DNA of 64,000 bases, from contig NC_087252.1 in NCBI RefSeq assembly GCF_037042905.1, positions 3,412,001 to 3,476,000 on the forward strand. Reading direction: 5' to 3'. The position numbers and the translations under genes were made by a program. The notes beneath the pieces are model-generated. The model did no database searches. It saw nothing but the letters and a program-made list of their open reading frames with translations, and was not told where the DNA came from. Position 1 is the stretch's first letter. Each line of letters begins with the position of its first letter. Of this stretch, positions 51,874 through 64,000 are shown in pieces. This stretch comes from Lytechinus pictus. Taxonomy: Eukaryota.

Positions 51874-54800
51874 ATGTCTCAGATCGAGAGTGGGTTGTTT
51901 GTCATGATGTCTGCCACAGGCATTGAGCAGGCTAGACCTTCAATGAAACAAAGGAAGAAGAGAATTCTAGAGATATGTGCGACTTGTAAAAGTAAGTTGC
52001 GCTCACTAATGCCTGTTACTAATGGAACTGTAAATTCTGAGACAGTTTCTGTTCTTAGAGACACAGGGTGTACTTGTGTTGTGATTCGGAAGAGACTAGT
52101 CAATAAGGAGCAGATGACAGGGAAATACAAGCTCTGTATTCTCATCGATGGTACTGCACGTTGGTATCCTACTGCTAAGATTCATCTTGATTGTCCTTTG
52201 TATGTAGGATGCATTGTAGCTTTGTGTATGAAAGCTCCAGTGTTTGATGTTATTCTAGGAAATATCCAGAATGTTCTTCCACCAGATGCGCCAAATCCGA
52301 AATGGGGAATTTCAGACTCAGACAGTGATGGTAGAGTTCACCCTTCATCTGAAGTAGGGATGGCAATTGAGACGAGGTCACAAGTGAAAGTTGCTGAGCG
52401 AAAGCAGACTCCACTGAAGGTGATGTCTCCCATTCCAGAGGTTTCCCCTGACAATATCAAGGAAGCGCAGTTAGCAGATCCCACACTCAAGAAGGCAAGA
52501 GAGCTTGCTGAGTCGGAGGATGGCAGCAAGACAGATAGGAAAAATTCTACTTTTCTCCTACAGGATGGTTTGCTGCATAGAGTATTTCAACCGAACAGTG
52601 TTGCGGATGGAAACCAGGTTGTACAGCTTGTAGTGCCGAAGCCATATCGGAAAGCTTTTGTGAAGTTAGCACATGAAGGAATCATGGGCGGACACCAAGG
52701 TGTCAAGAAGACGTCGGATAAGATAATGTTGAGTTTCTTTAGGCCAGGTTTACAGGCCGATGTAAGTAGATTTTGTCAGTCATGGGACATCTGCCAACGA
52801 ACCATCAGCAAGGGCAGAGTCCCTCGTGTTCCTCTTGGTAAGATGCCAGTTATCGACGTTCCTTTTAAGAGGATTGCTGTTGATTTGGTAGGACCAATAC
52901 AGCCAATCACTTCACGGAAGAATAGGTATATTCTCACAGTAGTCGACTGTGCCACAAGGTACCCAGAGGCGGTGGCCTTGCCCAACATAGAGACAACTAA
53001 AGTTGCAGAGGCACTTGTTCAGATATTCTCCAGAGTCGGTGTGCCACAGGAGATTTTGTCAGATCAGGGTACCCAGTTTACCTCTGATCTTATGAGAGAT
53101 ATTGGGAAGTTGCTTTCTATAAAGCGAATGACCACGACCCCATATCACCCGCCTGCAACGGGCTTGTCGAGTGGTTTAATGGCACGTTGAAGAAAATCCT
53201 CCGTAGAATTTGTTCAGACCGTCCCACTGATTGGGATCGGTATCTTGCTCCTATTTTGTTCGCCTACAGAGAGGCTCCACAGGCTTCAATGTGTTTCTCA
53301 CCGTTCGAGCTCCTGTACGGACGTACCGTCAGAGGATCCTTAATGATTCTTAAGGAACTTTGTACTGGTAAGCAACAGAATGAGGAGTTGAAATCAACCT
53401 ACCAGTATGAAGTCGAGCTGAGAGAACGACTAGAATCGACATTGGAAGTAGCACAGCAAGAGCTGAAGAAGTCGATGGAAAGAAGTTCAAAGTACTACAA
53501 CTTGAAGAGTAGGGAGAGAAGATTTCAGGTCGGAGATCAAGTCTTGTTGTTGTTACCCACTGAACACAACAAATTGTTAGTACAGCGGAAAGGTCCGTTC
53601 ACTGTTATGCACAAACTCAGTGATCAGGATTATAGGTTGGACATCAACGGAAAGCTTAAGACTTTCCATGCTAATCTGTTGAAGCGTTATATCAGCAGAG
53701 ATGAAGACGACGAACGTGAAGAGTCTTCTACTAACAGGGAAGATCCAGAGATCGGAGCTCAAGCTACTGTTGTCACTGAGGATGACGACGATGGAGAAAG
53801 TCCTGTGATGGAGAAACCGAAGTCACTTGATATTCAACTCCCTCCGCTAGAAGCGACAGAGACAATTGAAGATGTCTCGGTATGCTTGAACTTATCTCGA
53901 GAACAGAAGTGTGAGGTAAAGTCTTTGTTACAGGGTTACAAGGAGGTCCTTACTGATCTTCCAGGAGAGTGCAATATAGGCACTCATTCACTCAAGTTGA
54001 CTACAGACGAACCTGTGCGTCAGCTACCATATCCTACACCCCATGCTCGCAGGAACACAATCGAAGAAGAAGTCAAGAAGATGCTAGATATGGACGTTAT
54101 CGAGCAATCTGAGTCTCTCTATTCTTCACCGATCGTGTTAGTAAAGAAATCTGATGGGACTAATCGATTCTGCCTGGATTTTCGTCGGTTGAATCGAGTT
54201 ACAGTGTTCGATGCGGAACCTATTCCCAATACCGATGAGATTTTCTCAAGTCTTTCAGGGTGTAGATACTTCTCGAAAGTGGATTTATCCAAAGGGTATT
54301 GGCAAATCCCCTTGTCAAATGATGCTAAGGAAAAGAACGCTTTCCGTAGTCCGAGTGGACTATACCAGTTCCGTAGGATGCCATTCGGCCTTGTGAATGC
54401 GCCGGCAACATTTAGTCGAGTTATGAGGTCACTACTCAATGATATGTCCATCGTTCACAATTACTTGGATGACATACTCATCCATACTAGAACATGGGAG
54501 GAGCATCTTCGTGTTCTGAGAGAAGTTTTCGACAGACTTCGTACATCGGGTTTGACGGCACGACCAAGTAAGTGTCAAATAGGATGTAACCAGATTGAAT
54601 TTCTAGGTCACATCGTGGGAGAGGATAAGCTTCAACCGATGCAAGATAAGGTGGAGAAGGTACGCGATGCTCCACTACCAGAGACCAAGAAGCAGATGAG
54701 ATCTTTCATTGGGATGGTGAACTTCTACCGAAAATTCATCCCGAATTTTGCATCAATCGCCACCCCTCTGACTGACAAGACGAAATGCCGTCAACCAAAC

Positions 54801-55265
54801 AAGCTCATTTGGAGTGAAGCAGACAAGAAAGCATTTCAGCACTTGAAAGACTGTTTGTCGACAGCTCCAATCCTTTGCTTAGCTGACGTTGCTAAGCCAT
54901 TCATCATCCGCACTGATGCCTCAGCAACAGGTATCGGAGCAGTTCTCCTTCAAGAGAAAGAAGAAGGAAAATGCCCTGTCGCATATGCCAGCAGGAAGTT
55001 ACTTCCACGAGAGCAAGCGTACTCAGCGATCAAACGCTAATGTCTTGCGATTGTATGGGGAATCAGCAAGTTCCAGGTATACTTAGATGGACGAGAGTTC
55101 ATACTGGAGACGGACCACAAACCTTTAGTCTACCTCAATCAGTCTAAGTTGACAAATAGTAGGATCATGAGGTGGTCCCTTGCTCTTCAACCCTACAGGT
55201 TCCATATTGAGTCTATACCAGGTTCAGAAAATGTTGGCGCGGATTTCTTAAGCAGGGCAGTTTAA
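51874..55265 (+). pseudogene. pol: Pol of element B: protease-integrase-RT-RNase H
   Basis: LRDTGC; H..GH..CQ.C; VDLVGP, SDQGTQF, frameshift near 53150; KGPF; FCLDFRRLN, YLDD, TDAS, stop at 55040, TDHKPL, GADFLSR. Confidence 0.93.
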
Positions 55266-55400
55266 GGTTAAATTTAAGTATCGTTACTTTTAAGCAGATT
55301 TTTCTGTAAGGATTAAGCAAGATAGCTTACATTTAGTTTGTTTTCAGTCAAAACTGTTAGGGATATATTGAATCATAATGTGAATATAATATATTTTCTT

Positions 55401-55413
55401 AAGGAGGGGGTGA
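55401..55413 (+). promoter_or_regulatory. Polypurine tract of element B
   Basis: AAGGAGGGGGTGA directly before the 3' LTR. Confidence 0.85.
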
Positions 55414-56806
55414 TGTTAAGGATTCAACCTTCTTCCCCTATGCTATCCCCTAATGTTATGCACAATTAAGTCCTGTGACTGAATAAACCATTGTTAGGCT
55501 CCAGTGCACTCTCCCTGGCTTAACAGGTGGAACATTTTTGCATTGGGTGTGTTGCCTTACCAAGCACTTAGGCTTCACTATCTGCTCAGAAGTCAAACAT
55601 GGAGGACCTATGGGTCAATTCTTGGTTCAGAAATGTTATTGGAAAATTGAAGTTTTAAACTGAATTTAGGGCAGATAGCGCTGCATTTTTCGTTTCAAGC
55701 ATCAAGAACATTACTGTTGAGATTTGAGGCCTTCCTGATGATTTCCTGCCTTTAGTCACAGACGTCAAACTGTAAGTGAAAATGATTTTGATTCATTTTG
55801 TATTTTGAATGTGTCTTTGAGAAAGTCAAGGTCATTAAAAGGACCATTGAATTTTATATTAAAAAAAAAAGTGCTAGTTTATAAATTTAATTAATGTCAT
55901 GTTAATTAATAATTTATATGAATAAGTTGAGTTATTCCAGAACACAGATTCATTAACTTTTAAATCTCAGACATCAGAAAGGATTTTGTAAAAGAAATGC
56001 TTTTAGGAAGGAGTCATTTTTGTGTTATATATGTGAAACATTTTGAGGACTGATCATGCTTATTAATCAGTTGTGAAATTGCAAATGAGTATTTTTGAAG
56101 ATTGGAAGATATTCCTTTGAATACATGAATTAATCTAGGGAATAACATATATGAATATTGTGAAGATTTAAAGATATTGTTCCTTAGAATATTTATAGTT
56201 TACCAGAATTAATCTAAAGAAGTATATATATGAATATTGTGAAGATTTAAAGATATCACTATTCCTTAGATTATTTATAGTTTGGGTAATGTTTGTTTTT
56301 AGATGGGTTCCGATTCCAATTCCACTGGTCGTTCCACTGGTTATTCCAATTCTGGTTCTGAGTTTGGTTCCAACCGCCGTTCCAGTAGCCGTTCCGGTCC
56401 CACTCCCGGCTCCGGCTCCACCATGATTATGACTGTCAAATCCCACTATGGACAAGACTTGTGAAGAGAGTCAGAGGGAAGACAGATCCATCGTCGAATG
56501 ATGTAAATGTTTAACGATTCGTCAGTATCGATTAATATTGAACTGGAGTGATTATATCACCGTATAAAGTGGGTTACCTTGTTTGTTCTTCCAAAGACTT
56601 TTATTTCATATTTTATTTGTACTCTGAAACAATGCCATTGAATCATTGTTCTACAAGAACCTGAATACAGTTTTAATAAATTCTTTGAACTGTATTTTTA
56701 TTGTTCATGTAATTATTTCATTTTTATGTCCTCTTGAGTTACTTGGGTGTGACAATTGGTTGCGAGAATTGATTGTATGTCCTCTTGGGTTGACTCGGGT
56801 GTGACA
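55414..56806 (+). repeat. 3' LTR of element B
   Basis: Direct repeat of 48658-50049. Confidence 0.95.
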
Positions 56807-58000
56807 GAGAGCCTTTCTCTAAATTTTGACACAAATTTTTTTACCATAAACCCCTCTTTGATCAGCTTTAGGGGGCCCCTAACCTCATGACCATAGACCA
56901 ATTCAAATGGACTGAAACCTGTGGACTCATAGGGGAATCCCTAGTTGCAAACAGTAAGAATGAGATCCCTTTATCCCAGTCATCGGGATAGTCTTCACAA
57001 TAAGCCCTAATCATGGTCTTCAGGGTCTGATGATAGTGTTCTAACGCTCCTTGGGACTGTGGGTGATAAGCAGAGGACTTGATCTGCTTTATTCCCAACT
57101 CCTTCATAACTTGCTGAAATATTCCTGACATGAAATTTGACCCTTGGTCAGACTCAATTTTCTTAGGCAGACCATACCGAGTGAAAAACTGCACTAACGT
57201 CTGTACCACTGTTTTTGCAGTGATACTCCTCAAGGGTATCGCCTCTGGAAAACGTGTAGACAAGTCCATAATCGTCAGGAGAAATCTGTGACCCGACCTC
57301 GTTCTGGGTAAGGGTCCCACACAATCAACAAGAACCCTAGTAAAAGGTTCATCAAATGCAGGAAGGGTATCAATGGAGCAGGCATGATAGAAGGCTGTGC
57401 CTTACCAATAATCTGACATGTGTGACATGTCTTACAGAAATGCTTAACATCTTTGTGCATCTTAGGCCAATAGAAATGCCTCATAATTCTATCTTCTGTC
57501 TTCCGGATACCGACATGACCTGCCATAGGTAACTCATGAGCCATTTTCAGAATCTCTGTGCAGTAACAAGAAGGAACTACTACCTGGTGAATTATACACC
57601 AATCTTCGTCAGCTGGTCTCCGGGGTGTTCTCCACTTCCTCATCAAAATATCATCTTTGACATAAAAGCACGCAGGAACCTTATCAGCCTTAGAACATGC
57701 TTTCTGTGACAGGCTTTTCAATTCTGGGTCTGCCTGTTGTGCCTGTACAAGGGAGGATTTACTAAACAAACTATCATTGTTAGCAACAGAGCCTTCAACA
57801 CTATCCCCATTCAAATCCTTGAAAAAGGTTTCAGCTAACCAGACATCAGTAGTCTCTTCTACATCAGCAGATTCCGCATCATCCTTTTCAGCTCTACGAG
57901 TCTGGGACCTAGTAACAACACAATCCGGGAAAATCCCTGGAAAATCTTCCTGCAACAATTCAGTTTCAGCCACCTCAACCGGCTTCTCCGAAACCACTGG
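56807..58000 (-). pseudogene. pol: Gypsy element A integrase (HHCC and core), running into the assembly gap
   Basis: AHELPMAGHVG..FYWP..CKTCHTCQ; TRFPEAIPL, SDQGSNF, YHPQSQGALE; continues FRERLS|KACDVAK across element B. Confidence 0.9.
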
Positions 58001-58200
58001 NNNNNNNNNNNNNNNNNNNNNNNNNNNNNNNNNNNNNNNNNNNNNNNNNNNNNNNNNNNNNNNNNNNNNNNNNNNNNNNNNNNNNNNNNNNNNNNNNNNN
58101 NNNNNNNNNNNNNNNNNNNNNNNNNNNNNNNNNNNNNNNNNNNNNNNNNNNNNNNNNNNNNNNNNNNNNNNNNNNNNNNNNNNNNNNNNNNNNNNNNNNN
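58001..58200. other. Assembly gap
   Basis: 200 N. Confidence 1.
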
Positions 58201-60730
58201 TCGCCAAGATTGCCCTCAGTGATCATTATTTGATATTTACATGTATTGATCTCAAACCAGATGAACCTCTACATAAACTGGCCAAGTACAGAGACTTTAA
58301 GAAATTCGACGAATCCCAATTTCTTGAAGATATTCGTCAATGTAGCATATTGTATAATAATGAACGAAGTGTGTCTGAATCGATTGACCATGATGAAAAT
58401 GTATGGTCAGAATGAGAGCAGGCCTTTTTAGCAATTTGTGACAAACATGCTCCGATCAAACAGATGCGTGTACAAAATAGGTTCAACCCTTGGATAAATA
58501 ATGATATTTTAGAACTCATGTATCAAAGGGATTACTTGAAAGGTAAAGCTGATAAGAGTGATGATTTCAAAGACGAGTACCGCAAGGCAATAAATCTAGT
58601 CACCAGTTCTATCCGTGAAAGTAAAAAGAATTATTTTGATGATATCTCGAACGAATTTAAGAATAATGCTCGTAAGCTCTGGAAGAATATTAACATGGCA
58701 ACCGGTAACTCAAAATTTAGTAACTCTATTCATCATGATCTATCACCCGAATTATTCAATGACTACTTTGCTAATGTTGGTCGCAAAATTGCAAATTATT
58801 TTCATGAAAAAAAAACCTATTTGGAGAAACCCCGACTGTACTCATAGATTTATTTTTGATACGATACCAGACAGTACAGTTTTTAAATTACTATCTGGCT
58901 TAGAGACAAACAGTAACCTTGATATTCTGGGTTTTGATTCGAAATTACTTCGGATAGCTGCGCCACTCATACAAACATCCTTGACATCTGTCTTTAATTA
59001 TTCGCTCAGAAACGGGATCGTTTTTGATGAATGGAAATACTCAAGAGTTACTCCCATCTATAAAGGTAAAGGACCCAAAGATGCGTGTTCCAACTACAGA
59101 CCAATATATGTCGTGTGTCATATAGCTAAGTTAATAGAAAAAATAATCCAATTGAATTTGCACCAGTATTTAATCTCAAATGAACTTATCTCTATTGACC
59201 AATCTGCGTTTTTGAAATCACATTCTACGGTAACATGCCTCCATCGCGTCATCGATGATTGGTACGATGCATTAAATAATCATGATATGGTTGGGGCATG
59301 TTTCCTTGATATATCAAAATGTTTCGACAGTATTAACCATGAATTATTATTGTTTAAGTTGAAGAAATATGGTATTATTGATGTTAAATTTAAATGGTTC
59401 AAATGTTATTTATCTAACAGAAGACAATCTGTCCGATGTCATGGTCTTCAATCTCAACCGATCGATCTTGATATTGGAATTCCACAAGGGGGAGTCATTG
59501 GCCCTGATCTTTTTTTCTTATTTTTATCAATGACATAGTCCAAAGTGTTTCTAAGGGGACTTGTAACATATTTGCTGATGACGTTATTATTTATTGTACT
59601 GATCCATCACTAAACAAGATTGAAGAAAATTTACAAAATTGTATAAATAGTATCACCGCCTGGTATACTGAAAACCGTCTTCAGATAAATGCTTCAAAGA
59701 CTAATGTCATGCTAATCTCTTCGCGTAAATCAAGAAGTAGAGGAGAGCTTAGAGTTAAACTAGATGGAATTGAATTGAAACAAGTAAACAGTGTTAGATA
59801 TTTGGGTGTTAAAGTTTACTGTTATCTTTTGTGGGAAAATCATGTCAAACAACTCTGCAGATCATTATCGTTTAAAGTACATGCACTAAGGCGTTTAAGT
59901 TCTATACTAAATAAGCAATTGTTGAATACATTGTACAAATCTACTATACAACCATGCATTGACTATGGTTGTTCAGTTTGGGGTAATTGCTCTGAGAAAA
60001 ACAGAAACCTTATTCATAAACTTCAAAAAAGAGCAGCCCGGATTATTACCAAACAATTCGATTTTTCTGTAAGTAGCGCCGATCTATTCAAGGAATGAAT
60101 GTGGCAGCCTTTTGAAAAAAGACGTGACTATTTTCTTTGTATATTAGCATATCAATGCATTTATGGGCTTGCACCTTCTAGGTTGTGTAATGAAATTGAA
60201 ATGTATTTTGACAGACATTGTGTTAATACTAGAAATCATAACTCCCTAATCGCAATCTTGCCAAATCCTAATAAGGACATTTTTAAACTCTCATCCAAAT
60301 ATGCTGCTATAAAAGTCTGGAATTCTTTGCCAACATCAACGCAAAATATCCAATCCCTGCAATCTTTTAAACGTGTTTATAAAGCTAGCTTTTTTAACTA
60401 ATGTCATTTTTATTCTTTTATCAATTGTTACCTTACCTCCTGAATATTATTTTTGTCTCATCTCTACATATTCTTTTAGTGAATTATTGATATATACTTT
60501 GTTTTATCTTTTAATTCTCTAAGATTATATTTTGTAGTTTTTATTATGAACTCTCTAGTTACTTTGTTAAATTGTATTTGTTATTTTTAATCTATTTGAT
60601 GAATTTATATATATATATATTTTCAATTTTTTTACCTGTTGTATCAGGACAATGATGTAAAACAGCTGTGCTGATCATGTTTTTATCCTGTATAAATAAA
60701 TTCAAATAAATAAATAAATAAATAAATAAA
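58201..60730 (+). mobile_element. Decayed CR1/L2-group non-LTR retrotransposon (end of APE, RT, 3' UTR)
   Basis: ALSDHY; PWIN; VTPIYKG..NYRPI, FLDISKCFDSINH, GIPQG, IFADD, YLGV, IDYGCSVW, WNSLP; several stops and frameshifts; (TAAA)n tail at ~60705-60730. Confidence 0.9.
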
Positions 60731-60924
60731 TTACCACATACAAACATAAATCAAATATGCATCATAGTGCGCATAAACAATTGCAAATACAAATCAATTG
60801 TAATTGCCAGTCCACTACAGACAAAATTTTAAAATTTGTACAAAAGTATTAATAGCTTGGTTGGAAAGGAGGGGATCCACTAAAATAACTACTTGGAGAG
60901 CGTGAATCCCTATGATCATAAACA

Positions 60925-61030
60925 CCGACCTGGGAACGATTTTTTCAGTGGGGGTGCTGAAATCTCTCCTCAGAGGTGGGTTGGGGGGCAGACACACTTG
61001 ACTTTTCCATAATTACACACACACACATAC

Positions 61031-61106
<76 letters not shown>

Positions 61107-61885
61107 TATGACAGTCACTTCTTAGCTTTCTTCTTATAAAAGAACATAAATAATTAGATAATTTAAGCGCGAAGCGCGAGCTATTTTTTGTGGAAATTTC
61201 ATGTATTTTGTCCTGAAAATTGAAAATTCTGAGCAATGTTTGTGGTCCAAGATGCGTATGTAACAAATAATAATTGTGAGCGCGATCAACGCGAGCAGAT
61301 ATTTTTTATATACGCTCTGGCCTGATCGAAAGGGACGTTTTATAAGGACTGTTTGCAGTTGCCCATGAAGACGATACATATATTAACAATCAAATAATGC
61401 AAGCGCGAAGCGCGAGCTGAAAAAATTGACATTCCGACCTAAATACTGGACATTCTAAGCACGTTTTTTAATTATTAACAGGATAGGTATATATTCAATT
61501 GATGCGAGCGCGAAGCGCGAGCGGAAACAAAATTGAGATTTCAGACCAAAAAAAACCCAGAGATTCTAAGTACTTTTCTAATCATGATGAGGATAGGTAT
61601 AAAACTATACAATTGATACGAGTGCAAAGCGCGAGCGGAAATAAAAATGAGACTCCAAACCTAAAAACGAGACATCTTAATATGCACTTTTCTAATCATA
61701 AACAGGATAGGTATATACCTATGCAATTGATGCGAGCGGAAACAAAATTGAGATTTTGGACCTGAAAACGGGACATACTATTCATGTTTTGTAAATCAAG
61801 AAAATGATGGGTAATTGGATATATCATTAAATTAATAATGTGAGCGCGAAGCGCGAGCAGAACATTTTTGATATTCTGTTCTGAA
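60925..61885. repeat. GCGAGCGCGAAGCGCGAG-family repeat with (CA)n(TA)n microsatellite
   Basis: Same motif family as 5590-6800 and 39600-39750; microsatellite at 61015-61108. Confidence 0.7.
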
Positions 61886-62403
61886 ACTCCACACTGAATG
61901 TAAAATGGTTTGAACAGATATAGAAAATTCAGACGAACATAAGAATAAAGATTTGATCAAAATCAGACAAGGAATATCACAGTTATTGCATTTTAAAGAT
62001 TAGCATTATTCCCCACTTGTTCTTTTGTATTTTATTATATAAAATGAGGTTTATTCAATATTTTCCTGTCAAGAACCAAAACAGTTGAATTGACAATTGA
62101 TTTAGTCCATTAGATATTTTTAGCTGCAACTTATTTCATTATAAGGGAGACATATCATTCATTCTGGTTTGAAAAAACATGAAGCAACTTTGATTCCACA
62201 AGGAACAGCTAGGATAGTGGGGATGTGACAGCAGCAGCCCACCTATCAAATATTCATGACGACATGCGTATTTCCATTTTCATAAAATATTGCTAAACTT
62301 TAGAATTAAATAACTTAACTAATCGTTATCAGATTTTGAAAAAATTTATTAATTTTGATAAAATGTATTTGATATAAATATTTTCAGCCAGGAGTACCCC
62401 CTC
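61886..62403. mobile_element. Degenerate copy of the Kolobok-type MITE family
   Basis: Resembles 16289-16881 and 31599-32200 (ATCAAAATC..AGTTAT..CATTTTAAA; TAACTT..ATC.GATTTTGA); termini eroded. Confidence 0.5.
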
Positions 62404-64000
62404 AAATCAAGTTGCGTATCTGAATAAACATGCGTGCGCGTGTTTAGAGTTAGACCAACGAACGTAGAGGGCAGCAACACACAAGCGTGTAAGCGTGTTG
62501 CTCTAAGGAAGGTCAACTCCGCTCGAGTTTTGTGACCACTCTAAAAAATAAGGTGGGGTTTTGGGAAATTTGTCGAGTTGATTTTTTTTCATTTGTTGAT
62601 TTCAAATATTTTTTAATGAACAATTATTAGATCAGTTATTCTGGGTAGAAATATTAAAATATTACTTTTATTTTTAAAGAAAATATTTAGCTTGAATAAT
62701 CATTATTTTGACATTTTCCCTCATTTTGGAATATTAAGTCTATGACGAGGATACCTCTCATCTCTTATTTTCTTCTGCTGAATTTCGCTGCACCACTAAT
62801 AAATGCATAGACATCCACCGTAATAATCGAGGTCATTTTTCTGGCCTGGGTACGCCGAGTCTGGGCCGGTCGCGCAGCTAGCTAGTGACGTTGAAGATGC
62901 GCTGGGGCTTCATGCGACTCGTCACAGATCTTCTAGCAACATAGACAATGACGTCTAATTTGCCTAGTCTGATTTGAAGTGCAATGGCTTCAGGGCTGAT
63001 GTTTATCAACGATGATTGTTCAAGATTAGATTTTAATTTTTTAATTTCATTCGACTTTTAAATCTATAAATCTGAAATAAAGGCGCTGTTTCCCCGAAAT
63101 CCGGGTCTAAATTTCAGCTTCGAGTCCGAGACAATGGACGGCGAAAAAAAACCCATGCATCGGATGCATTGCATTGGCTGCGCGCTGCGCTGCAGCTGCA
63201 CAGCCAGGCTGCGTCGCGTCGAAGGTCGATTGAGCAACCAAACTTCCAAAGCCAAATTTAAGCTTTAATAAACGGCCACCTATCCACATTTTCCCGGGTT
63301 TTCTTCAATAATTTCTAAGAAAAATCAGCCAATTGATGGAAACTGATTGCAATGTTACATCGTTTTGCGTTAGACCTAACCCAGTCTGCCAAAGTTAGGG
63401 TAGGCCTGGACTAGGGATGGGGGCTAGATTAAACCATCTTAATTTATGATTTTGGGCAGAAAGTTGATTTGATAGACAGCATCCATATCTTAATTTGACC
63501 ATTGATTCTCTGCAATCAATGTTTAAAGACTTTTACATAATTTGTTTGCCATATTGCAATTGGTTAATTTTCCTGGGCCTGGCCTGTGCTTGGCCGGCAG
63601 AACGCGTAATTTTTGTTTGAGAAATTTCAAAATCGAAAGAGCAAAGTGACTGAGCTCGTCCTGATTTTATGCATTTTCTAAAGTGAATTTCAAGGATTTC
63701 ATGTCTAACACTAAGGCCTAACGGTAACTTGTCAACCATATAATCTTCTAACTTTGTTAGATCTAACAGTTAGACTCAAGGAATTTACCCTGTAGGCATT
63801 TAACGGACTAAAAAAATCATAACCTCCTAGTGGCTAGCCCATGCAGGTTGGTCTTAATTAAACCAAAGTTAGCTTGCATGGATCAACCCTCAAATGGTGT
63901 AGGTTTCGGCGTCCTTTATATAGACAGGGTGAAATCCGTCTGTTTTGAGTTTGTTATTATTATTTTATTATTTTTTTTTTTTTGCATAGACTATCTCATA

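Larger units (their letters stand above)
48658..56806 (+). mobile_element. Full-length Gmr1-type Ty3/Gypsy LTR retrotransposon (element B)
   Basis: TGT...ACA LTRs, 5-bp TSD GAGAG (48653-48657 and 56807-56811), PBS, PPT, gag-PR-IN-RT-RH order. Confidence 0.95.

Noticed and set aside
57275..58415. ORFs spanning the N gap
   Set aside because: Artefactual joins of Gypsy and LINE sequence across the gap
62430..64000. Possible transposon end or promoter region with short ORFs
   Set aside because: CpG-enriched, but no terminus, TSD or protein motif I can support

Overview
AT-rich, intron-containing animal DNA. It is probably echinoderm (sea-urchin-like repeat families), but that is inferred only. 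Almost the whole window is a nest of transposable elements, with a 200-N gap at 58001-58200. A decayed minus-strand Gmr1-type Gypsy element (A; IN-RT-RH) is the host. It is interrupted by a full-length Gmr1-type Gypsy (B; 48658-56806; 1.39-kb LTRs, GAGAG TSD), a two-gene Harbinger (44967-48631) and, probably, a Kolobok element ending at 43062. The Kolobok carries transposase 3' exons (+) and a KolX/P2X7-ballast-like gene (-). The KolX gene is split by an AcademH-like helicase element with a perfect 9-bp TSD. The transposase is cut at 26830 by a TACGG-terminated element (IS3EU-like) that has a subterminal tandem array and lies beside an apparently intact 7-exon RING E3-ligase-like gene. Two other notable signals: element B's primer-binding site is complementary to the whole 3' half (39 nt) of tRNA-Pro, and a 7SL-headed SINE-like sequence sits inside a MITE. 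A decayed CR1/L2-group LINE and many MITEs and simple repeats fill the rest. Family assignments are made from remembered motifs; no database search was run.
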